NCBI GenBank assembly: GCA_001643675.2 | Contig: LSRY02000020.1 | Span: 124,001-188,000 of the forward strand | Length of the DNA stretch: 64,000 nt | Source of the DNA: Monocercomonoides exilis PA203 | Lineage: Eukaryota; Protista; Preaxostyla | Direction of reading: 5' to 3' | Part shown: positions 51,380 to 61,800 of the stretch, one piece after another | Layout of the letters: each line of letters begins with the position of its first letter | Position numbering within the stretch: position 1 is the first letter of the stretch | Notes under the pieces: model-generated | Told to the model about the DNA's origin: nothing | The model's database searches: none | Seen by the model: only the letters and a program-made list of their open reading frames with translations | Program-made: the position numbers and the translations under genes

Positions 51380-52620
51380 TGTAACAGATAGAAATTGATG
51401 AAGATGGATATCTGTACATAAAATGACCGTCTTTGTGTGGTAGCCTCTTCTTTCTCTTCAAAATATAGAAAATAACGCTGTTCTGCGGAAGCTGAAAATG
51501 CAAACGAAAAAAAACACCTTATGAAAAAGTAGAGAAAGTTGAAGAGGAAAAAGAACTTCAAATTGAAGAAGGTGAATATGCATGGAGATTGAGAAATCCA
51601 TTTAAAATTGTTCGAAATAATATATTTGAAAGAGGTTTTTGCAATATGCCATGAAGAAGAAATGAAGAAGGGCAAGATGAAAAAAAGCTGATGATGATGA
51701 GAAATCCTTCATTGAATCATCATAAATTCAAACAGAATTCAAAGAACACATCTGAAAGATTTCTTTCTTTTGCTTCATTCTCAAACGAAAGAACAAGAAC
51801 AGCCAGGAGATTCTCCATTGAAATGGCTGTAGCTGTGCATTGTGTCTTTTCAGCATGTTCGGCAACTGCAAAAGGTGATGATTTGACAAGTGATGTTTTT
51901 TGAAAAGAAAACAGTGTGCAAAATGAAACATTCTGAGAGTACTAGATGAGAAATGAGTTAAAAAATAGGTGTTTCTTCATTTACTGAGTGTGCTATTTAT
52001 TGTCAAAAAGAGGGAAAAGAAGGATAGAAGAGACATTTAAAAAAGTGATGTCCATTTTTTCTCATCAGCCATTGTGATAAGACGTGGCAGCCATTGAAGT
52101 CTAACGAAAAATTTTTTGTTTGCTCCAAAAATGATAAAAGTGTGTGCAAAAGGAAATATTCAGACTATGAATCCTGATTCTCTTTCTATCTCATCATTCT
52201 TTTTGCTGAGCAGCAGAATTCTCTGATTCATTTCTTCTGGGTTTTTTATGGACAATTGAAGATCTTCTTGAATTGTTGTGCATCCTGGATGCTTCTCATG
52301 GAACAGTTGCCTTTGTGGTATTACTCATCTGATCGTCATTCAATAAAAATCAAATAGATTTTCAAAATCAAAAACATTTGATGAAAACAATAGAAAAATA
52401 TCGTTATCAGTCATTTTAGCTGTTTTACTAATCGTTTGTCCTACCATCCTAGATGTTTGAAGTGGACCTTCAAGAATTTTCAAATTTTAGTCATTTCTCT
52501 GAAAAACCATTTAGCCATGCTCTTCTGCTATTTGACTGATATTTGGTTCGAGTTGCAAATTCTTTTTTGATTTTTGGTTTTTTCCTTCACAAGTCTGCTG
52601 AGTCATCTTGAATGAAAACT
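51380..52620. pseudogene. Degenerate coding-like relic(s) between the two transposases
   Basis: Short Lys/Glu-rich frames are broken by frequent stops on both strands. No family recognised. Confidence 0.25.
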
Positions 52621-52895
52621 GAAAATTGAAAAAAAAGATAAAAAATAAAACGAAATTCAACAAACACACAAACATTTGTTGTCCTTGTTTTCAATCTGAA
52701 TCTGCTTTTCAAACAGTCGAAAAAGCCTTTTCTTGAATGAAATATGAATGTTTTATTTCTTTTTCTTTTTTCTGAAATACTCAATTTCTATGTATTTGGT
52801 ATATCCAATTTCATACCAATTAAAAACAAACTCAATTTTCTTAACGAAAAAAGAAAATTTCAATCAGTTTCGTTATTAATTTTTGTTGGTTTGAT

Positions 52896-52896
<1 letters not shown>

Positions 52897-52939
<43 letters not shown>
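52897..52939 (+). repeat. Pure poly(A) tract, 43 nt
   Basis: Direct count. Confidence 0.9.
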
Positions 52940-52940
<1 letters not shown>

Positions 52941-53496
52941 ATTTCCATTTTTGGACTAATACAGCTAATCCTTGCTGCTTCTTCGAATTTTCTTTTACAC
53001 TTCTTTTATATAAGCAAAAATAAAAAATATTTTTTCCGTGTATTGGTCCTTTTCTTTTTGATAGATAATCAACGATGAATGTATTTATCTTTAATTTTGT
53101 TATTTGGCAAGTTGTGCCTCTCTTTTTGAATATTTTTTGTAACAAACAGAATGAGTATATGTAATGATGATAAATGTGAAAAAGGAGTTCAGGCTATGAC
53201 TAGAACCGAGCAATTTTCAAGTTTGTTCCTTTATTTGTTTTGAACCATTCTGAATATAATTTTTGTTTTTTTGAATACCTTTTACAAAGTTTTTCATCCC
53301 AATTAGGAAATGACAGCAAGACCTGAAAATATGGTAACGTCTGGAATTAGTTTATTTCTGTTTTTAATGATTTATTATTAATTATATTGCAATTATTATC
53401 TTTTAAAAACATGCGGAAAGTGGTCAAAAATATTATTTTTTTTATTGAAAAATTGTCATTTTCAAGTATTTATGGGTTTGATCAAACATTCATCAA

Positions 53497-54850
53497 ATGT
53501 CTTTGTCACAAAGAATGTTCACAAAAACACCTATTTGTGAACTCAACGAAATATTTTCTGATGATATGGGTGCATGGAAATGGTATTTCGAAAATGTGCT
53601 GGAAGGAGAAGCTCCAGAATGCAGACATGATAAATGCAAAATGATAGTCACATCTGGAGTGAAATATTTCAAATATTGGAGATGCGGAAAATGTGGCAAA
53701 AAACAGTCAGTTTGTAAAAACATATCTTTGGAAAATTCTAAAATACCGCTGAGAAAGTTTTTGATGAATGTTTTTTGTTATTACATTGGCGTATCAGCCG
53801 CACACATTTGTGAACTTTTTGGAATAAGTGAAAACACATTACATTATTGGACGAGTGTTATTCGAGTCAGATGCACATCAATATGGAAAAAAAATTAAGC
53901 TACCATAGGAGGGCAAGGAAGAATTGTGGAGATCGACGAAGCGGTTTGGAGGCACAGAAAGTGTGGGCAAGGGAAAAAGAAGAGGCAAATTTGGATATTT
54001 GGAACTGTGGAAAGGACACCAGAGGGAGGTGCGGGGAAGAACTTCGTGATGATCGTGCCAAATAGAAAGGCTGAGACATTGGTTCCAATAAAACGAGCCA
54101 AAATTCTTCCTGGAACTCGGATCAGAAGCGATGAATGGAAGACTTATGCAAGATTGAAAGATTATGGTTACGCTCATGATACTGTCTGTCACAAGTGAGA
54201 ATTCAAAAACAAAATCACATATGCCTGCACAAACACTGTCGAAGGTTTGTGGATGAATTTACAGAAATTTTTACCAAGAACAGGATACAGATAAAAGTAT
54301 TTTGGTGACTATTTGTGTGATTATTTCTGAAATCTTATTTTTTCATACAAACATTTAGGTACAAAAATATTTCTTGAATGTCAATAAAAAAAAAATTGAA
54401 AAAAAAATATGCTAATTGAATACGTTATAAATATTTGTTTTGAAAAAACGCTTGATTTGAAAAACAATTATCATGCTTCTTTTCTTTTGAAACAAAAATT
54501 TCTTTCGAAAAACTTTTAATCTTTGAAAAATCAACACCACGAAAAAAGATATGATTTCTATTATAATCACCCATTTATCTATGTGGCTGGCCAGAAGAAA
54601 CTCACAAATACAATTTGATGAACTAATAAAGGAAATCGTCCTCAATTTACCTGAAAAAGAAAATGAATTGGAAGAATCTGAAAGTGAAGAAAGTGACTAG
54701 GCAGAATCAGAACTGGAATCTGACATATAAGATGAAAATGATAATCTTCAATTGACAGAATTACAAAAATCAGATTCACTTGGAACTGGGGACGGTGCAA
54801 GTTCATCAGAATTTGACCCAATGGAAGTTGATTTATTAATTATTTTTTGA
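53497..54850 (+). pseudogene. Merlin/IS1595-like DDE transposase pseudogene, copy 2 (interrupted by a MITE)
   Basis: CRHDKC..WRCGKC, IVEIDE, WIFGTVER, VPNRKAETLVP, PGTRIRSDEWKTY, HDTVCHK and TNTVEGLW. Stops at 53896, 54196, 54292, 54698 and 54728. Confidence 0.88.
54315..54572. mobile_element. 258-bp non-autonomous TIR element (MITE) with ATTT target-site duplication
   Basis: Left end GTGTGATTATTTCTGAAATCTTATTTTTTC versus reverse complement of the right end GGGTGATTATAATAGAAATCATATCTTTTTTC. ATTT lies at 54311-54314 and 54573-54576. Removing the element restores the transposase frame. Confidence 0.8.
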
Positions 54851-55895
54851 ATTCTAATTTAAGAAAATTCATTCACCCATTTTTTCCTCTATTTTTTAAT
54901 TTTTTTGTTTTTGACTTTTTTGTCAACTTCCGCACATCTCTGATGCATGAAAACATGATGTATATTATCAACATTCCTCATATATTATTTTTACAAAAAA
55001 TATTCCGTTCCCATATAATGCCCTCTTGCCATAATTTGTTTTATATTATTCTTATTGAATCCAAGCTTCAATTTGAAGCAATATAAGCAAAAAAAATTAG
55101 TACCTAATAAAAAACTGGGTACTAATAAAAATCTGACCCTATATTATTTATTTTTATTAAAAAACTTTTTCCACATTTGATTTCAAATGATGAACAAAGT
55201 TACCAAACACTAATTCACAAAATAGTAATATTAAAGTCTCTATTTTTTCCACTTTTGAAAATATTATTTTCCTTCAAAGATTTTGAAATGAATATTTCGA
55301 TCTTTGATTACAAATAAAAACACTTGTTATAATTTTCTCAAAACACTTGCTTAAACATGAAAAACTTAAAGACACAAAATAAATATGAACACATTAATAT
55401 TATGCTTGATTAAATATCTATAAAGAGGACTGAAGATCACATTTAAAAAGAAAGAAATGAATACAGATGTTGTTTGAAACTCAAAGCATAAATTTTAAAT
55501 TGTAATACATTTTCCAACTCAAAAATATACACAAAAAAAGAAATTTTCTTTTATGGGTGATATATAAATTAAGAATAAATAATTAAATGGAAGTTATAAT
55601 TAATAACAAAAAAAAAAACGTTAGAAATAAAAGGCATTTAAATATAAATACAACAATTTTCTTAGTCTTTGGAAAAATAAAACGTTGTTATGATAATTTA
55701 ATTAATAAAAATACAAAACAATCAAAAACTTCCATCCTGATTTTTAGAATGGTGGAAATATTCTTTCTATCATAGGAATTACAAAAACAAGAACGCACCA
55801 TACTATAATTTACCAATAAAAATTCATTGAAAAAATAGTTGTATCTTTCCAATCAAAAATTTCTCATTTATTACAGATTAATTATCATACCAAAA

Positions 55896-58800
55896 TTACA
55901 AAAAACTGGTTGAACCACTTCCTTCACTTTCAACGCTTTCGCTTTTGCATTCACCACAAAACCTGGCTGAGCAGTCAAAATCAATCGCATCTGACGCTGT
56001 TAGTATGACTGCGTCTGCAGGAAAATGCCGTATGAATTCACGTTTAAGATCGATGAGCGTTGGCCTTAAGCAGCCTTTTCCTTCAAAGCACGATCGAATG
56101 CAGCCGAAATACGATGTCTGCTCTACCTTTTCGATGAAAGGCCTTTCCCCGTTCTTAATTTTTTCCCCAGCAATTACTGCCTCATACTCTCCAAATGGGA
56201 TATCAAGCGTCAGACATTCCCACAGCATCATTCCTATCGAAAACACAACCGTCTTCTTCGTTGCTTGCTTTTTTGTTCCATTCATCAGTTCAGGCGCCTT
56301 CCACCTCATGCACTCTGTCCTGTTGTCTTCCTCATCTTCAAAGGCAGATGAAGGAGGTGAATTTCTGTTATAGTTATTCACAACCGAGCAATCAGATGAA
56401 GATGTGATTATCGTTGAGGCTGACGAAATAGATGAAGAATCTGAATCTGATGAAAAGTCGGAATGCATCGCAACGCAGATGACCATGTGTTCGGAGAACA
56501 GTACAATGAGAGGACTCAGATTGGTAAGAGAAGAAAGAGGGTTTTCCATCTCGTCAAAGGAGTGGAGCGCCAGATTAGCCACCCAGAACAGGATTTGAGC
56601 AGCTGTCTGTTCCCTCTCCTCCAAAGTTCCTATTGCCATTTCCTTCTTCTCATTCCTTCCATGAAGCAGCATGAACAGCGAATCCCTCAAGTCCACAATC
56701 AGCTTTTCGTGAGGCACCGAACATGCCATTGCATCCACCAGATTCGACATGGATGAAGTGGTTGGACACAGATCCTCCCCACGAACAAATGTTGTGTCTG
56801 TGTCTGAAGTGTCTGTGGTAGAAGTGGATGAGACGGATGGAGATGAAGTTCTTTTCCTCGTCTCTTCCTCTTCTTCAACCTTCTCTAATGCCCATTCAGG
56901 AATCTTGTCTGAATCTTTCCCCAGAATATATTCAGTAGATCCACTCTCACTCAACAAATGCTCTGATGACTCTGAATGTTCCATATTCGTCTCATATATT
57001 CTCTTCTTTGCTCTCTCTTCATTCTTTTTTTCTGCTTCTTTCTCTGCTCTCTTCCATTGTTCCTCTGGAGACATCTCCATCGTCACCATCTCAAACGCCT
57101 TCGGATCCTTCTTCACTGTATCATTCACAATCTCTTCCAGTTCTTCTGTTCGTCTCTTAGATTTCCTCCATCGAACAGCCAGAATAACGGACACAATAAG
57201 AACAATTAAAAGAACAACAGCCATTATAATTACAATTAGCAACCAATAGGATTTTTCTTCTTTTCCTCCCTCAACCACATTATCATCTCCAGTCTTTGAT
57301 TCTGTTTTGTTCTTCAGAATCTGCGGAGAAGTTGAGGCCAAATGCTTTCCAAACAAAATCATCACTGACACCTCCGTTTCGTCTGCAATTGTTGAAATAT
57401 TTTCTGACGAGATTGTCCCAAGCACTTCCGTTTCTGATACAAAACCATCTTCTTCAAACTGATATGTCTCAAACAACTCCACATCACCTGTTTTATACAC
57501 GAGTCTGAATGACAAGTCACATGGCAAAAAGAGCCCTCCCTTGAATTTCACAACAACTTTGCTGCCATTCTCATTCACAGAAACCTCTTCCAGTTTGGGA
57601 ATGAAGAAAGGCGAAGACCTTTCTCCTGCTATCCCTCCAAGTGCGCATCCATCATTCAAAATCCAAAGTGAAGTATTATCCTTCAATCCATCTCCTCCTT
57701 TCAAACTCATCACATTCAATGTTCCTGAATCTGAACAGATGATATTCCTTCTCAATGATAGATATCCTTCAATGGACGGATTATTGTTCTCAAATCTTCC
57801 ATCACTAACAGTCAACTCCCCTCCACTCATTGTTATTCCACCATCAGGTGAATTTGTTATTGTTATATCTTTCATCATCACAGAACTCTTCACAACATCT
57901 ACAAGAGATCCATCCCATCTGCACATCTCTTCTTTCTCGTTCAAATATTGCTCATTTCTTTCCTTTGAACTCCCATCGAAAATGCAACTGTCCATTTTCA
58001 CATCCAAACAATCCTCCAATTTCATCAATTTCCCTTTTGCGGTCTTTGAACTGACTCCACCTATTGTGCAATTTGCCAATTGCATCGTCTTTTTCATTGA
58101 CAAGCAAGATATTAATGATTCTTCACCCCTTTCAACTGAGATATTTTCTGTATTGAAATCCTTGATTGTTAATTGCCCGCACTCATAAATATCTATCAGA
58201 GAAGTTTTAATTGTTGAATTGCTAATCGTTAATAAATAAATCACTGATGGAAGTTGAGAAGAAAGATACAATGCAGATTCTTGAAGAATTAGATTTGATA
58301 TAGAGCATCCATCAAGTTGTAATTCTCCTTTTACCATATTTACAAGATGTAATGAAATGCTCGCAAAATCAGTATTTTCTTCTTCCATCAGTTGTTTTGA
58401 TTCAAATGAACAATTCACAATTTCAAGAATTCCTCCTTCGGGTGATATCAATGATTCATGTGAAGAGATGAAATACGAATCAAACACAAAGTTCACTCTC
58501 ACCAACGAGACTGTTTCTCTTGTTGTTATCAAAGTCTCTCTTGTTTTTCCAATGTTTGATTTCACTTCAACTTCACACATTTCTCTGTTCCTTGAACTCA
58601 GGCTCATCTCCTCCAGATTTATCTCTTCCTCAATCACACTCTCATAAACAATGAACATTTGACTAATGAAATCTGAAGTTAGATGCATTATTCCATGATT
58701 TATAGAATCACATGGAAGAATGTTTGTTCCACATTGTTTGTCATTTGATCCATTCACGCTGCTCACAACAATTGTATCACTCTGATGGATCGTCACAAAA

Positions 58801-61800
58801 TCAATCAGATCTGTATCATCTTTATTTTCACAATTATCAATTCCATATATCGCATTAATTCGTGAATAATGATTCTCTCGAAGATCAAACTGGAATTGGC
58901 TTTCATTGATCTGCGATGTGATGTTATAACACTCAATGAAAATGTCATTTCCCACACTAGCTGTGTTTGCACTGAACTTCATCCTTAAAAATGTAAAATT
59001 CAAAAACCCTGTTTCCTTTGTTGCCAAATATACCCCTCCACCTCTCCCTGTGCTGCTGCAGCTGCATTGACTGATTGTTGAGTCAATCATCTTCATTGAT
59101 CCTGAAGCACCCAATGTGAAGGATATTGCACCTCCTTTTTCACTTTCTTCTGCTTTATCTTCAGTGATGTTGCTCGCATTCACAACCAAACAAATAGTAT
59201 TCTCACTTTTTGACTCCAAAATGCTTGCTCCATTGTCACTTCTCTTCACTCCTGAAAATGATGATTTCTCAATCTCCATATTAATTCCTTCGTCACCTCC
59301 TTCATTAATCTTCAATCCCGGTTCAGATTTCTTGATTGATAAAATACATCCTTTGCTTTCATTTAACGAATCCACTCGAACATTCACCAAATGGACTGAA
59401 ACTCCAGCATCGTGAATTACAAAAATACTGTTTCCAACATTGCACGATTCCATCGACAAATCATTCACTTCTACACTGCCTCCAATCGCATCCACAAATA
59501 CACAATCAAATCCATTGTTCATTCCTGCTTCTGAATGGAATGAACATCCACTTATCACCAACTCACCTTTTCTGTTTGATATGATCGTTTTAGCTGAATT
59601 GTCAAATCCAGATGTCAGTTGCAGTTGGATATTTGTCAATTCAAGATGATTATAATTTTCCATGAAATATTCCATTTGACTTCCAACTGACTTTTCATAA
59701 TTCAATATCGCTTTAACATTCTCTTCTCCCATTGATGAAGCCTTTTTGATCTGATAGTTGGACATGTTGAATGAATCTCGAATGATAGTTGATCCTTCAA
59801 TCTGAATTGTTTTTCTTCCAATATCCTTTTTCATGTTTTCCATCCCTTTCCACATCGTTTTGCATGGCTCTTCTTCACTTCCACAACGTGCCACATCATA
59901 TCCTTCAGATGAGATAAATATCTCAATGGAGCTGAATGGAATCAGAAACATGAACAAATCCTTTACTTGATGAAAATCGTCACTACCCTTAAACAGAGTT
60001 TCATCATCCTTCATTGATGAGTAATCAAATTTGAATGAGTCATTTGTCACAGAACTGTTGAAATCCTTTCCCAAAATGAACATATTCTTTCCAATGGCTG
60101 CCTTGTTGTTCTCAAACGTAACTCCAACATCAAAAATAAATGGGTTCTTATTCAAACAATTTTGACAATCCAAATACAGAAATCCGCCTTTTCCATTGCT
60201 CGATGAAAGTGAACAAGATGATGCATTTGTTGATTTCATTGCCAATTCTTCATTTCCTTGCAATGTCACTTTTGCAACACCACCTTCACCGCTTCCAGTG
60301 TTTTTTATGTTCGAAAAGTTGCAGTTTTCAAGCAAAACAGATGAAGATATCATCAATTGTGATTTGGCAAATGAACAATCTTCCAAACTGCATTCCTTTG
60401 AAGTGCAATTCAACAGTTTCACTTTGTATTCCTGTTCATTTGCATTTGTGGGTAAAAGAGATAATGAAAAAAACGAAACTGTTGATTTCACATCTGAAAT
60501 CGTGAAAAACTCCAATTCAACCATCTTCCCTGTCGATTTGATCAAGAAAAATTCAATTGTGCTTTGCTTCCCTCCAATCACACTCATCTCACAGTTCTTC
60601 ATGTGCAACTCCCCATTTGTGCTGCTCGATTCGATCACTGCTGAGATTGTTCTTGAAAAGCTCGATGGAATAACAATCCCAATGAATTTCATTTCTGTCA
60701 GTGATGCAGATTTCAGAATGCATTCTTCTTCAGAGCCACTCACTTCTCTTTGACATTCTATCTCCATAACAACCTCAGTATTCGCCTTTATACACATTCC
60801 TCCCACATCCACACACCCAGTTAAAAACGAATTTGAAATTACAGATATCTCCTCTTTAACATTCAGTGTTCTCTTTAAACGCTCCATCCCATAATTCACA
60901 TTCAAACACGGCACCTTCTCCAGTCCGCAATATTGCTCTTCCACTCCAGATGCTCCATCAACATATACCTTGTCAGCAAAATATCCATCTAAAAATATGA
61001 ATAAATCGACATCCCAATCACCAAATGCTTCTGTTCTGTCATGTCCAACAACCGAGTTGTCTTTCTGAGTGATGTTTGTCATGAAAGCGAACAAGGGCTC
61101 TTTCACAGAAGCGATTAGGGATTCGCACACAAAATACATATCTCTTCCGACACTGGCCTTGTTGTCTGAAAACAAGATATTTGTAATGGAAAAGGAGGAT
61201 TCTGACACTTCTGAATCATCCTTGAACTCGATCATGAGAGCGCCGCCTCTTCCTCCAGAACTTGTATCCTCGCTCACACAGCAGGTGGAGAAATATGTGT
61301 CTCTCACCGAAAAGGAGTTGGCAGAGACGGATGAGGCGAATGAGATGCACCCGCCATTGGTGGCAGTCTGTTGGTGTTGTGGAGCTGAGTTGATGCTGGT
61401 GATGGTGCAGTTGGCGAGGGAGAGGGAGAGGGCAGGGGAGGTGGCAGAGGAGAGGACACAGCTGGCGGGGGTGGCAGTGGAGGTGATGTGGGTGATGTTG
61501 GAGGAGTTGAGTGTGAGGGGAGCGGTGAGGGAGGTGAGGTGGAAGATGCTTTGGCTGTTGAGGGTGAGTTTTGTGATTGCTGTGTGGTTGAGGGCGAGTG
61601 AGCCAGCAGTGATGAAGAAGAGGGGGGTTGTGATTGATGATGAAGATGGGGTTGTTCCGGTGATGGTGGTTGTGTTGAGTTTGAGGGAATGGGAGTTTTG
61701 GGAAAGGTGGAAGAGAATGGGAGTGATTTGATTTGTGGAGTTGTGGGTAATGGTGAGGGAAGAGACTGTGAGGGAACCTTGGGTCTGTTGGAAGAGGGCA

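Noticed and set aside
54315-54572. MITE as an introner (its left end GTGTGA equals a donor used in this window)
   Set aside because: There is no AG at the right boundary, so splicing could not remove it cleanly, and the host ORF is already dead.
50036-54850. In-frame TAA/TAG/TGA in the transposases as evidence of a variant genetic code (known in some oxymonads) or of selenocysteine
   Set aside because: Host genes end at TAA/TAG/TGA and multi-kb ORFs contain none internally. The stops fall at unrelated residues and coexist with a frameshift and an insertion, which indicates decay.
53333-55204. GGTAAC...GTTACC as Merlin copy 2 termini
   Set aside because: Only 6 bp match and there is no 8-9-bp TSD in the flanks.
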